The notes below the pieces were generated by a model, which saw only the letters and a list, made by a program, of their open reading frames with translations, had not been told where the DNA came from and did no database searches. A program made the translations under genes and the position numbers. DNA of 64,000 nt from Vulcanimicrobiota bacterium (GTDB lineage Bacteria; Vulcanimicrobiota; Xenobia; Xenobiales; QWHO01), in contig CAUJEN010000073.1 in the NCBI GenBank assembly GCA_963169765.1, positions 10,932 to 74,931 on the forward strand, in the 5' to 3' direction. Shown one piece after another: positions 18,963 through 28,560 of this stretch (positions are counted from its first letter, which is position 1; every line of letters starts with the position of its first letter).

Positions 18963-19931
18963 TCACATCACCTCGCGCACCACGCCGCGGGGCTCCTTGT
19001 CCAGCACGAACCCCTTGAAGCTGGCCTGACGAATCTTGCCGTGGCTGGTCCAGTCCAGGAACTGCACCTCGCACACCAGCACCGGCTCGAGATAGACGTG
19101 GGTGGACTCTGCCTGGCGGTTGACGAACAGCGTCCGGGGACGTTCCAGACGAGGCAAGAGCTCCTTGAGGGCGCCCACGGTTTCCTGAGCAAAGCCCACC
19201 TCCACGGTGCCGGCGTAATGCAGCTCGTCGCCCTGAAAGCAACCCAACATCAGCCCTCCCAGCCAGCCGTCGGCCCCCTCGGGATCTTCTTTGTACCCCC
19301 CGATCACGAACTCTTGCCGGCACCAGTTCTTGATCTTGCGCCAGTGATCAGAGCGCTGACCCGGGAAATAGGCGCTGTCAAGCCGCTTGGCCACCAATCC
19401 CTCCAGGCCCGCCGCCCGGCTGGCCTGGAGCAGGGCCTGGCCTCCGGCTCCCCGATGAATGGAGGGCACCATCCAATGCTCACTCAGAAGGCCCAGCTCT
19501 TCCAGGCGGGCTCGGCGCGCGGAGTAAGGCAGTGACAGGAGCGAGCGCTCGTCGAGGTAGAGCAGGTCAAAGACCTGATAGCAAATCGGATACTGCAGCC
19601 CGGGAGGGCGGCGAATGCGGCTCTCATCGGGGAAGAACCCTGTGCGGGTCTGCATGCGCTCAAAGTCAGGCCGCCCCGCTTCGTTGAAGGCCACGATCTC
19701 CCCGTCGAGCAAACATGACCGACCGATCACCGCCGCCAGCGGCGCCAGCTCGGGGTAGAAGAAGGTCATGCTCTTCAGGCTGCGGCTCTGCAGGCGGGTC
19801 TGTCCGTCCGAGCAGAACGCCAGGGCGCGGAAGCCATCGAACTTGACCTCGTAGGCCCAGCCCGACTCCTCGGCGGGCACCTCGCGGGCGGCCACGGGCA
19901 GCATGGGACTCAGCTCGGCGGGCAGGCTCAT
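18963..19931 (-). CDS. ATP-dependent DNA ligase (LigC/LigD ligase-domain type)
   Basis: Adenylation motif I YEVKFDGFRA (KxDG), motif III/IV, and OB-fold region. Stand-alone about 320-aa ligase domain. Confidence 0.8.
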   Translation of the reverse strand: MSLPAELSPMLPVAAREVPAEESGWAYEVKFDGFRALAFCSDGQTRLQSRSLKSMTFFYPELAPLAAVIGRSCLLDGEIVAFNEAGRPDFERMQTRTGFFPDESRIRRPPGLQYPICYQVFDLLYLDERSLLSLPYSARRARLEELGLLSEHWMVPSIHRGAGGQALLQASRAAGLEGLVAKRLDSAYFPGQRSDHWRKIKNWCRQEFVIGGYKEDPEGADGWLGGLMLGCFQGDELHYAGTVEVGFAQETVGALKELLPRLERPRTLFVNRQAESTHVYLEPVLVCEVQFLDWTSHGKIRQASFKGFVLDKEPRGVVREVM

Positions 19932-19972
19932 GCCAGGAAGGGTAGCACAGCGGCGGCGGGAAGGCTCGCTCC

Positions 19973-20794
19973 ATGCCAAAGCGCGTTCTTCTGCTGCTGA
20001 TGGTCTTGCTCTCCCCGGTGCTCTCGGCCCCTCGCTCCGAGCTGGTCTTCAAGTATCGCGGCGAGCCGATCAAGATCCTGACCCTGGCCGAGCTGGAAAA
20101 GCTGGTGCCCCCTCGCGAGCTGACCATCTACGAGCCCCACGAGATGCGCCCGCGCAGCTATCGGGTGATTGCGCTGGAAGACCTGCTCAAGGCCGTCTAC
20201 CAGTTGCAGTGGGACGGTCACGACGAGCTCATGATCACCTGCCTGGACGGCTACCAGCCCACTGTGCCGGGACCTTATGTGCAGGCCCACAAGGGTTACC
20301 TCGCCTTCGCCAGCGCCGATGACTCGCCTTTCAGGCTCAACACCGAGACCCGAGGGGTGCAAGAGTGTGGGCCCTTCTACCTGATCTGGGACAACCAGAC
20401 CGACCCCACCATGCACAGGGATGAATCGCACTACTGGCCCTACCAGGTGCAGGTGCTCGACCTGATCCGCTTCGACGAGAAGTTCGCCCGCGTGATTCCG
20501 CCCGAGGGAGCTTCCCCGGCCGCCCGGCGCGGCTTTGCCGACTTCCGGCGCTTCTGCATCATGTGCCACGCCATCAACGGTCAGGGGGGGATCAAGGCCG
20601 AGCTGAACTATCCGGTCAACGTGACCGAGTACTGGGAGCCTGGCTTCCTGGCCCGGTGGATCAAGAGCCCCCAGAGCATCCGCCACAAGGCCGAGATGAA
20701 GGGTCTGGCCGAGAGCCTGCCCGAGCGCGATCAGGTGGTGAGCGACCTGATCGAGTATCTCAAAGCCATGAAAGAGCGCAAGATCGCCCCCTGA
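19973..20794 (+). CDS. Secreted protein with C-terminal mono-haem cytochrome c domain
   Basis: Signal peptide MPKRVLLLLMVLLSPVLSA and a single haem-binding CIMCH (CxxCH) motif near residue 197. Confidence 0.6.
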   Translation: MPKRVLLLLMVLLSPVLSAPRSELVFKYRGEPIKILTLAELEKLVPPRELTIYEPHEMRPRSYRVIALEDLLKAVYQLQWDGHDELMITCLDGYQPTVPGPYVQAHKGYLAFASADDSPFRLNTETRGVQECGPFYLIWDNQTDPTMHRDESHYWPYQVQVLDLIRFDEKFARVIPPEGASPAARRGFADFRRFCIMCHAINGQGGIKAELNYPVNVTEYWEPGFLARWIKSPQSIRHKAEMKGLAESLPERDQVVSDLIEYLKAMKERKIAP

Positions 20795-20808
20795 CTCCAG
20801 CAGGAAAA

Positions 20809-20826
20809 ATACCGTCCAGACGGTAT
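20809..20826. promoter_or_regulatory. Perfect 8-3-8 palindrome, candidate TetR operator
   Basis: ataccgtc-cag-gacggtat lies 13 nt upstream of the TetR-family gene start (20839), the typical placement of an autoregulatory operator. Confidence 0.4.
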
Positions 20827-20838
20827 AGTATCTCCACC

Positions 20839-21378
20839 ATGGTCACCCGCCCCTCCAAGAGACTGGCGTTGCTCCAGGCTGCGGGCCGCGTGGTCGAGCG
20901 TCAGGGCTCGGCCCAGCTCACCCTGGAGGCGGTAGCAGCCGAAGCGGGTCTGAGCAAAGGGGGCCTGCTCTACCACTTCCCCACGAAACAGGCCTTGATC
21001 GAGGCCATGGTCGCTCTCCTGGTGGAGGAGTTCAGCCAGGACGTGGCCGAGCGACGCAAGGGGGGCGCGTTTTTGCCGGCTTACATCCGGGCCACCTTCG
21101 ACTACCACCCCCGGTTGAGCGTGGCCAGCGTGCTGGCCGCCGCTCTGAGCCATGATCCGCCCCTGCTCGAGCCTTTGCAGAAGGGTTTTGAAGCCTGGCG
21201 CCAGGCGGCTCTGGCCGACCCCGTGCCCGGGTCGCGCTCCGACCTGATCCGCCTGGCCGTGGATGGCCTCTGGTTTACCGAGCTCTTCGCGCTGGCCCCC
21301 CTGGCCGGCAAGGATCGAGGCCGGCTGCAACAGGAGCTGCTGGCCCTTTGCCAAGAAAGGACCCCCCCAGGAAAATGA
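20839..21378 (+). CDS. TetR/AcrR family transcriptional regulator
   Basis: N-terminal HTH signature (LTLEAVAAEAGLSKGGLLYHFPTKQAL) with helical C-terminal ligand domain. Confidence 0.8.
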   Translation: MVTRPSKRLALLQAAGRVVERQGSAQLTLEAVAAEAGLSKGGLLYHFPTKQALIEAMVALLVEEFSQDVAERRKGGAFLPAYIRATFDYHPRLSVASVLAAALSHDPPLLEPLQKGFEAWRQAALADPVPGSRSDLIRLAVDGLWFTELFALAPLAGKDRGRLQQELLALCQERTPPGK

Positions 21379-21710
21379 CCGCCTATCTCTTTCTCGTCCT
21401 GGCCATCCTGGGCGAGATCATCGCAACCAACTTTCTGAAGGCCTCCGAAGGCTTTACCCGGCCCGCTCCCACGCTGGCCTCGCTGACCCTGTATGCCCTG
21501 GCCTTCTACTCGCTCAGCCTGAGCCTGCGCCATGTCCCGCTGGGAGTGGCTTACGCCATCTGGTCGGGGGTGGGCACGGCCGCCACCGCCTGGATCGGGT
21601 ACATGCTCTGGAACGAGTCCCTGAAGGCACCCCAGCTGGTGGGCCTGTTGCTGATCGTGGGGGGAGTACTGATGCTCAACCTGGGCGGCACGACGCACGC
21701 CACCGAATGA
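21375..21710 (+). CDS. SMR family small multidrug resistance efflux protein (EmrE/QacE-like)
   Basis: ATGA overlap with the TetR stop. Four TM helices with conserved E in TM1 (ILGEIIATNFLKASEGF) and the WSGVG motif. Confidence 0.8.
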   Translation: MTAYLFLVLAILGEIIATNFLKASEGFTRPAPTLASLTLYALAFYSLSLSLRHVPLGVAYAIWSGVGTAATAWIGYMLWNESLKAPQLVGLLLIVGGVLMLNLGGTTHATE

Positions 21711-22591
21711 TCACCGCCGTGGCCCACCCGCTGGCTGCCAGAAGTCGAGTGTGGCTCGAGACCCTCCAGGAGCTGGAGCAACGCGGGGTCGTGCTCAAAA
21801 CAGAGAGCAGTCGCTTTGCGGGCCACTCGCGCGAGCTGGCCGCTCAGCTGGCTGGCCAGGCCGAGCTGATGCTGGTGCTGGGAGGCGACGGCACCATCCA
21901 CGAGGTGGTCAACGGCCTGTTCGACCAGTCCGGACCCCGCCCGACGCTCTGCCTGGTGCCGCTGGGCACCGGCAACGACCTGTGCCGGGGGCTGGGCGTG
22001 CGCCTGGAGAAAGACCGCCTGGTGCAGACCGTGCTGAAGGGCGTGCGCAGGCAGATGGACCTGGGCCGCCTGACCTGCGACGGGGGTAGGGTCTTGTTCG
22101 GCTGCACCTGCTCGGCCGGATTTGCGGCCGAGGTGGCCCGCCGCACCGACGAGCTGGCCACCAAATCAAAGCTGCGCGGGCTCTCCTACTCGGTGGCCCT
22201 GCTTTTGTGCCTGACCGGCTTCAAGAGCCCGCGGGCCCACTTCACCATTGACGGCACCGAGCACCGCGCTCCCCTGCTCTTCAACCTGAACCTGTGCAAC
22301 ACGCGCTACTACGGGGGCGGAATGACGGCAGCTCCGAGGGCCGAGCCCTTCGACGGGGAGCTGGACATGGTGAGCATGGAGCTCAACCGCTTGCAGGTCT
22401 TGCAGGCTCTGCCCCGCAACTACTCGGGCAATTTCGGGGGCATCGCCGGGGTGGTGCAGCAGCGGGTGCGCCGCCTGCGCCTTGAGACCGATCCGCCGGT
22501 GCTGGTGCAGGCCGACGGCCAGATCGTGGGGCGCACTCCGCTCGAGGTGGAGGTCGTGCCGGCCGCTCTGGAGCTGGTGCTACCGCCATGA
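21707..22591 (+). CDS. Diacylglycerol kinase catalytic-domain family lipid kinase (YegS/DagK-like)
   Basis: ATGA overlap with upstream stop. Motifs MLVLGGDGTIHEVVNGL and LGTGNDL typical of DAGK_cat. Confidence 0.75.
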   Translation: MITAVAHPLAARSRVWLETLQELEQRGVVLKTESSRFAGHSRELAAQLAGQAELMLVLGGDGTIHEVVNGLFDQSGPRPTLCLVPLGTGNDLCRGLGVRLEKDRLVQTVLKGVRRQMDLGRLTCDGGRVLFGCTCSAGFAAEVARRTDELATKSKLRGLSYSVALLLCLTGFKSPRAHFTIDGTEHRAPLLFNLNLCNTRYYGGGMTAAPRAEPFDGELDMVSMELNRLQVLQALPRNYSGNFGGIAGVVQQRVRRLRLETDPPVLVQADGQIVGRTPLEVEVVPAALELVLPP

Positions 22592-23379
22592 TCCGCCTGG
22601 TCGTTTTGGACCTGGACGGAACCATCTTCGACCCGGCCGGCCGACCGCGCATCAGCCTCCGGGTGGTGCAGGCGGTCGGTGCCGTGCAACAGCGTGGGGT
22701 CGGGGTCACGCTGGCCACCGGGCGCACGCTGGAGTATTCCCGCGAGCTGGCCCGCGAGCTGGGCCTCTCGCTGCCCATGGTGGCCGCCGGGGGCGCGGTG
22801 GTGGGTTATCCCCTGACCGGCGCGACGCTCTACCAGGCCCCCATCGAGCCCTTCGCGGAGGTGCTGGACTGGTTCGCCCGCACCGAGCGCGAGGTATGCC
22901 TCTACCTGCGGGGTCCGCAGGGCTTGCGACTGCTGCAAAACCGGGCCCCGCGAGCGGACAGCTACTACGAGCAGCTCTTCGGAGGGCCTCGCCAACTGAC
23001 CCGCCAGGCAACCCTGGAGCCGGGCGAAGTGTTGCTCAAGTTCATCATCGTCAGCCCGGACGAGCTTCCGGCCGGCGAGATCGAGGTTGTCCCGCTGGTT
23101 CGCACCCATCCCGATCTGATCGAAGGGGCCGCTCCGGGAGTGGACAAGGGCACCGGTCTGGAGGTGCTGCTGGGCCACCTCGGGACGGCCGGCTCGGAGG
23201 TGCTGGCCGTGGGCGACAACGACAACGACCTGCCCCTGTTTGCCCGGGTGGGTCTTGCTGTAGCCATGGGTCACGCCACCGAGCGGGTGCGGGCGGCGGC
23301 CAGCTGGGTGGCTCCGCCCTTTGAGGAGGATGGAGCCGCGGTGGCGCTGGAGCGTTTCTTGATTTCAAGAAACTTTTAG
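22588..23379 (+). CDS. HAD-superfamily hydrolase, Cof-type (HAD-IIB)
   Basis: Start overlaps the previous stop. Motif I VVLDLDGTI, motif II LATGR, motif IV GDNDND. Confidence 0.75.
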   Translation: MIRLVVLDLDGTIFDPAGRPRISLRVVQAVGAVQQRGVGVTLATGRTLEYSRELARELGLSLPMVAAGGAVVGYPLTGATLYQAPIEPFAEVLDWFARTEREVCLYLRGPQGLRLLQNRAPRADSYYEQLFGGPRQLTRQATLEPGEVLLKFIIVSPDELPAGEIEVVPLVRTHPDLIEGAAPGVDKGTGLEVLLGHLGTAGSEVLAVGDNDNDLPLFARVGLAVAMGHATERVRAAASWVAPPFEEDGAAVALERFLISRNF

Positions 23380-23401
23380 TCGAGCCGATTAGGCTGGCAC
23401 C

Positions 23402-24499
23402 GTGAACATCGGATCTCTTTCGAGCGCCACTTTTCGCCACCCTCAACGCGCCTCTCTCCAGGCCGTGGAAGAGACGCCCGGCCTCGAGCAAGTAACCCTG
23501 AGCAGTGGGCCCACCCCTCCGCGGGTGACTCCCGACGCCAGCCCGGCCGCCTCCCTGGTGGGCGGCCCCCTGGCCGGGCCCATCGTGATCGGCCACCGGG
23601 GCGCCAGCGGCTACCTGCCCCAGCACACCCTGGCCGCCTACGAGCTGGCCATCAAACAGGGGGCCGATTTCATCGAGCCCGACCTGGTGATGACCAGGGA
23701 TCGGGTGCTCATCACCCGCCACGAGAACGAGATCTCCCTGACCACCGACGTGGCTGCACGGCCCGAGTTCGCCGACCGCAAGACCACCCGGCAGATCGAC
23801 GGCAAGCCGGTCACGGGCTGGTTCACGGAAGACTTCACTCTGGCCGAGCTCAAGAGCCTCAAAGTGACGGGAGCCCCCCACGACGGACCGGAGTTTCGCA
23901 TCGCCACTTTCGAGGAGGTGCTGGATCTGGTGGATCGCACCGGACGCAAGGTGGGGCTGTATCCCGAGACCAAGCATCCCACCCACTTCGACCAGCTGGG
24001 CCTGAGCCTGGAGGAGCCCCTGGTGCAAGCTCTCCGTCGGCGCGGCTACGAGGGGGCCGAGGCCCCCATCTTCATCCAGTCTTTCGAGGTGGGCAACCTC
24101 AAAGAGCTCAATCAAATAACCGATCTGCGTCTGGTGCAGCTGGTGGAGGCCGAAGGCTACCCGGCTGACAGCCCGGTTCCCTACAGCCAGATGCTCACGC
24201 CCGCTGGCCTGGCCGAGGTGGCCACCTACGCCGACGGCATCGGCCCCTGGAAAGGGCAGGTGCGGGGCACCACGCTGGTCCAGGACGCTCACAGCCAGGG
24301 GCTGCTGGTTCACCCCTACACTTTCCGGGCCGAAAACCAGTACCTGCCGCCCGAGCTGCGCGGCACCGACCCATCCGGGCTGGGCGACCTGGAGAGCGAG
24401 GTGCGCAGCTACTTCGAGGCCGGCGTGGACGGCGTGTTCGCCAACCACCCCGACCTGGCCGTGCGCGCCCGGGACAAGTTCTTGCAGGCACGGCCCTGA
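23402..24499 (+). CDS. Glycerophosphodiester phosphodiesterase
   Basis: IVIGHRGASGYLPQHTLAAYELAIKQGADFIEPDLVMTRD is a classical GDPD active-site region. Confidence 0.8.
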   Translation: MNIGSLSSATFRHPQRASLQAVEETPGLEQVTLSSGPTPPRVTPDASPAASLVGGPLAGPIVIGHRGASGYLPQHTLAAYELAIKQGADFIEPDLVMTRDRVLITRHENEISLTTDVAARPEFADRKTTRQIDGKPVTGWFTEDFTLAELKSLKVTGAPHDGPEFRIATFEEVLDLVDRTGRKVGLYPETKHPTHFDQLGLSLEEPLVQALRRRGYEGAEAPIFIQSFEVGNLKELNQITDLRLVQLVEAEGYPADSPVPYSQMLTPAGLAEVATYADGIGPWKGQVRGTTLVQDAHSQGLLVHPYTFRAENQYLPPELRGTDPSGLGDLESEVRSYFEAGVDGVFANHPDLAVRARDKFLQARP

Positions 24500-24586
24500 G
24501 CCTGACCTGCCAACGCTCGGCATCTCAAGAAGCTTACGAAAGCTCGAAACGAGGGGGGGAGCTACGGCCCTCGAACGGGAGCTGTC

Positions 24587-25048
24587 ATGCTGATCGGCGT
24601 CATCTCGGACACACACGGATTCTTGCGCCCCGAAGCCATCGAAGCGCTGCGGGGGGTGGAGCAGATCTTGCACGCCGGCGACATCGAAGACCCCTACACC
24701 CTCGAGCAGCTCTCCGAGCTGGCCCCGGTCACGGCGGTGCGAGGAAATTGTGACACGGGCGAGCTGCGCGCCCTGCCCCTCAGCGTGGCGCTGGAGTGGG
24801 CAGGCGTGCGCATCTTCATGCTGCACATCCAGGAAGACCTGGATCTGGATCCGGCCACCGCCGGCTTTCAGGTGGTGATCGTGGGCCACACCCACCAGCC
24901 CCGCATGGAGGAGCGCCAGGGCGTGCTCTACCTCAACCCCGGCAGCGCCGGGCCTCGCCGCTTCAAGCTGCCCGTTTCGCTCGCCCGCCTGCGCCTGGAG
25001 CAGGGTCGGGCCGAAGCCGAGATCGTGCAACTTTTCAAACCGATTTGA
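24587..25048 (+). CDS. Metallophosphoesterase (YfcE/MJ0936 family phosphodiesterase)
   Basis: MLIGVISDTHG ... HAGD ... GNCD ... GHTH metal-ligand motif series. Confidence 0.8.
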   Translation: MLIGVISDTHGFLRPEAIEALRGVEQILHAGDIEDPYTLEQLSELAPVTAVRGNCDTGELRALPLSVALEWAGVRIFMLHIQEDLDLDPATAGFQVVIVGHTHQPRMEERQGVLYLNPGSAGPRRFKLPVSLARLRLEQGRAEAEIVQLFKPI

Positions 25049-25106
25049 GCCTTGAGGAGTAGGTTACAAGTTAAAGAGAGAAACATCCTCTGGGGGTAAC
25101 ATTCCG

Positions 25107-26294
25107 ATGCTCATTCAACCAAACCTGGCCCTGGCCTCAACCGCTCCTGTGACGGCCGCCTCACGCAGCCGCTCCAGGGCCGAGACGGCCGAGGCGGCGC
25201 CAGCGGATGGCGCCCAGGTCCTCGCTCCCCCGGTGCTCGAGAACCCCGACGACGCCGTCAAGAAGCTGGCGGTGGGTTTTGGCTACACCGAGTTCCCCCA
25301 GGTCTCACCCGATGGCGAGAAGCTCGTCTTCAACACGGTAGGCGACTTCACCACCTCCCAGATGCTGATCATGGATGCCAGGGGCGGCAAGGTGCGCTCG
25401 CTCTTCACCGGCGAGGAGGTCACCTCCGACAACGTCAAGGCCTTCCTGGCCAGGCACAAGGACCACATCGACGAGCAGGCCACCTGGAGCCTGGACGGCA
25501 AGTCACTCTTCTTCCGCACCAACCGCCAGGGCACGTTCGCCCTGGCCCGCTACGACTTCAAGTCCGAAGAGCAGACCGTGCTGGCCCACGATCCCAAGCT
25601 GAACATGAAGCACCCCGCCGAGACCGAGGACGGCTGGCTGGTGGCCTACGGCGGGCCGCCTTCCGAGAAGTATGCCACGGTGGACCAGTACACCAACCTG
25701 TTCTTGGTCAACCCCGAGAACGGCCAGGTGCGGATGCTGACCAACACCGACGGCAGCGTCAGCTACAAGCATCCCATCGCTTACGGTGACAAAGTGCTGG
25801 CCCACAAGGAGATGGGCCAGGAAGGCTCCGAGCAGGCCGACCTGGTGCTGATCGACCCCGCTACCGGAGCCGAGACCAACCTGACCAACACCCCCGGCGC
25901 TATCGAGCGCCACCCGATGTACTGCGAGAAACGGCATCTCATCGCTTTTCACTCCGACGAGACGGGGGACAAGAACATCTGGATCGGCGACCCGGACGGG
26001 GGGCGCAAGTGCCAGCTCACCTTCTATGGCCGGGCGGCCCAGTCGCCCTGCTGGTCTCCCGGCGGCAAGAAGATCTACTTCGTCAAGAAGGACATCCGCC
26101 AGGCCGAGGACGAGCCGTTCTACGCCCGCCAGGCCGAGATCCGCGTGCTGGACGTGAAGGACGCCCTCAAGGATCTGGCCAAACAGGCCCGGGCCCAGGT
26201 GAAAGACCTCGAGAAAGCCGATGCGCCCGCCGAGCAGGTTGCCGCCGCCCGCCAGCGCTACGAGGATTACAAATATTTCCTGGATCGCTACTGA
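25107..26294 (+). CDS. Periplasmic TolB-like (PD40) beta-propeller repeat protein
   Basis: Repeated PD40-like blades (SPDGEKLVF, SLDGKSLFFRTNRQG, SPCWSPGGKKIYF). Confidence 0.6.
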   Translation: MLIQPNLALASTAPVTAASRSRSRAETAEAAPADGAQVLAPPVLENPDDAVKKLAVGFGYTEFPQVSPDGEKLVFNTVGDFTTSQMLIMDARGGKVRSLFTGEEVTSDNVKAFLARHKDHIDEQATWSLDGKSLFFRTNRQGTFALARYDFKSEEQTVLAHDPKLNMKHPAETEDGWLVAYGGPPSEKYATVDQYTNLFLVNPENGQVRMLTNTDGSVSYKHPIAYGDKVLAHKEMGQEGSEQADLVLIDPATGAETNLTNTPGAIERHPMYCEKRHLIAFHSDETGDKNIWIGDPDGGRKCQLTFYGRAAQSPCWSPGGKKIYFVKKDIRQAEDEPFYARQAEIRVLDVKDALKDLAKQARAQVKDLEKADAPAEQVAAARQRYEDYKYFLDRY

Positions 26295-26337
26295 CCTTCA
26301 GAGCTCTTTCAGGCCGGCCCGGTAGAATGAGCCCAAG

Positions 26338-26532
26338 ATGATTGACAACAGCCTTCGCGTAACCGCCTCCAACAACTACCTGATGAGCAGCGCCGCCGGT
26401 GCGGCCTGCCTGCCGCCCCCGACTCACGGAGAGCTCGTGCTCGACAGCGGACTGAGCAGCCTGGCCTGGCTCGAGCAGCCGATGAGCTTCTCGGAGATGT
26501 GCCACAGCGGCGCCTCCAGCTTCATCCTGTAA
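26338..26532 (+). CDS. Small hypothetical protein (64 aa)
   Basis: Short ORF between convergent genes, followed directly by a strong rho-independent terminator. No homology recognised. Confidence 0.25.
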   Translation: MIDNSLRVTASNNYLMSSAAGAACLPPPTHGELVLDSGLSSLAWLEQPMSFSEMCHSGASSFIL

Positions 26533-26539
26533 CAAGCAC

Positions 26540-26572
26540 GAAGAAGCCCGGCCAGCAAGCCGGGCTTCTTTT
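26540..26572. terminator. Rho-independent (bidirectional-capable) terminator
   Basis: aagaagcccggc-cagcaa-gccgggcttctt followed by TTC on the plus strand. Sits between convergent genes (26338-26532 + and 26592-27878 -). Confidence 0.6.
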
Positions 26573-26591
26573 CATGAGGCCGAGGACTTGC

Positions 26592-27878
26592 TCAGTAGCG
26601 GTCGTGGGAGAGAATCTGGAGGTTGACCGCCCCGCCCGAGCTGTTCTGCAGCTCCATGTCATAGGTCACCTTGGAGCTGCTCTCGAGCGTGACCGACCTG
26701 CCGATCACCGAGCCGTAGAGCTGCCCCTGCTCGTCGAGCTTCACGTCGGCGTCCGGGGCATAGACCGAGTAGTAGCCTTTGGTGGGCACCCCGCCCTTCT
26801 TGGCCTTCAGCCCCACCGGGCCCTGGGACACGAACACCTTGAGCAGGGGAGGCTTGAGCGAGTCGTTGACCACCGCGCCATCGAGCATCGCCATGGTCTT
26901 CTTGATGTAGAGCGAGGTGGGAAGAACGGTGTTGGGAAGCTGGATGGCCGAATCGTCGCGCACGGTGAGGCTGGCGAAGGTGTATTCGCCCCCGGGAACC
27001 AGGGTCAGGATGCCGCCTGCCTCCACGACGACATCTCCGTAAGCTCCCGGAGGCAAGGGAGGGGCGGCAGTGTTCACCGTCAGGTCGGCATAGGGCACGT
27101 CGGCCGCGTCGGGGTTCAGCGGATCGGTGCCGGTAGTCGGATCGAGGCCTTCCGGGTCGACCGGGAGGGAGACGGCCTTGAAGTTGACCGGGGAAGGCAT
27201 GGTGATCTGGCCGCCCACCACGTTGCTGGTCCCGTCCACGATGATCCCTCCTGGATTGATCACCCCGGGCGCGGTATAGGCCCTGCCGTTCACGGTGGAG
27301 TTGGTCTCGACTTTGATGGAGTTCGCGGTATTGCTGTTGGTGGCCACGTGGCCGTGGGCACCATCTGGGAGGGGATTTCCCTCCGAGTTATAGAAGTCAA
27401 CCTGGGATCCAGTCTCGATCATGACCGCATTCCGCGCGAACACGGCATAGCTGAACATGCTCTGGGTGACGCGGGCCAGCAGCCCGACCCGGCGGGTCGC
27501 GCGGATCTCAAAGCCGTCGTTTTGAGCCCGCCCCTCGGAGAGGATGTAGCGATACTCCGATCCCACAACCCCGGCGGGAAAGCCTGCATCGCCCTGGCGA
27601 AAAACCTTGGTGTCAAAAGAGTCGCGACTCGGGCTTGCCCCGACGAGCAAGAACTCGCTTGAGCCAGCGTGATTCACGTCAGCCTGGAGACGATTGAGAG
27701 TGATGGCCAGGCCCGCCTCGGCGGCATAGTAGGCTCGCTCACCCTGGGCCTGGGCGTTGGCCAGGCCCAGGCTTCCCGTGCCCAGCGCCACCACCCCGGC
27801 CGCGATGACCGCCATGACCGTCAAGACGAGAAGCACCACGATGATCGCGACCCCTTGCTTGTTACCCGTTCTTCTCAT
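26592..27878 (-). CDS. Type IV pilus assembly protein PilX-like (minor pilin, large secreted)
   Basis: N-terminus MRRTGNKQGVAIIVVLLVLTVMAVIAAG is the characteristic PilX_N hydrophobic segment. Large secreted body. Confidence 0.6.
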   Translation of the reverse strand: MRRTGNKQGVAIIVVLLVLTVMAVIAAGVVALGTGSLGLANAQAQGERAYYAAEAGLAITLNRLQADVNHAGSSEFLLVGASPSRDSFDTKVFRQGDAGFPAGVVGSEYRYILSEGRAQNDGFEIRATRRVGLLARVTQSMFSYAVFARNAVMIETGSQVDFYNSEGNPLPDGAHGHVATNSNTANSIKVETNSTVNGRAYTAPGVINPGGIIVDGTSNVVGGQITMPSPVNFKAVSLPVDPEGLDPTTGTDPLNPDAADVPYADLTVNTAAPPLPPGAYGDVVVEAGGILTLVPGGEYTFASLTVRDDSAIQLPNTVLPTSLYIKKTMAMLDGAVVNDSLKPPLLKVFVSQGPVGLKAKKGGVPTKGYYSVYAPDADVKLDEQGQLYGSVIGRSVTLESSSKVTYDMELQNSSGGAVNLQILSHDRY

Positions 27879-27890
27879 CGGCTCACCTTC

Positions 27891-28560
27891 TCAGAAGCGA
27901 TTTTGGAGATACGCCCGGGTGGTCGTCTCCAACCTGGTAAATTTGTTTGTGCCCGTTGCCTCTTCCGCGTGCAACTCGATGTGTAAAACCTCCGGAGGGT
28001 CAATCGGGACCCTCCACACCCTGAACTTGACGATGTTGCGAGCGATCACGCGCAGGTTCGGGCCCGAAAAGGTAAAACTGGCATAGGGCGGGATGGTGTT
28101 GGGCGGTACAACGCTCGGCAGTCCGGGAGCGACGGGAGGCGCGAGCTCCTGCCGCTCCAACTCACCGGTGGCCGTGCGCCGGTAACAAACCCACTTCTGC
28201 CAGTTGATCATCCCCAGCGGGCTATGCTGCAACGGTCCATCATTGGGCATCGGCAGCTCGGCGGAGAGAAAGATGAGGTGCTCGACGGGGACACCGCTGG
28301 AAAACCAGCAATTCGGGCGCGAGTCCTGCAACTCGGCCAGAAGTTTCTTCGTGGCGATCGTGCACTGGTTCTGGACCGTCTGGTAAGCCCGGCCCTGCTG
28401 GAAATAGCGCATGCCGCCCACCATCAGGAGGTAACAGGCGCCCAGAAGAAAGAGCAAAAGCGAGCCAGCCACCAGCACTTCGATGATGGAGAACCCCGCT
28501 CGGCGGGGCTGACGGGGGGAGGCCGGACCTCGAGTTACCACGCGGTTCCGGCTCCGCTCC
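27891..28560 (-). CDS. Type IV pilin-like protein (prepilin N-terminal methylation domain; PilW-like)
   Basis: RRAGFSIIEVLVAGSLLLFLLGA matches the prepilin cleavage/methylation consensus (G|F-S-I-I-E). Start proposed at GTG 28560; upstream sequence belongs to repeat copy B. Confidence 0.55.

Noticed and set aside
23051-25030. 659-aa minus-strand ORF
   Set aside because: Antisense to the GDPD and metallophosphoesterase genes, which have clear catalytic motifs. Translation is Gly/Arg/Pro-rich noise.
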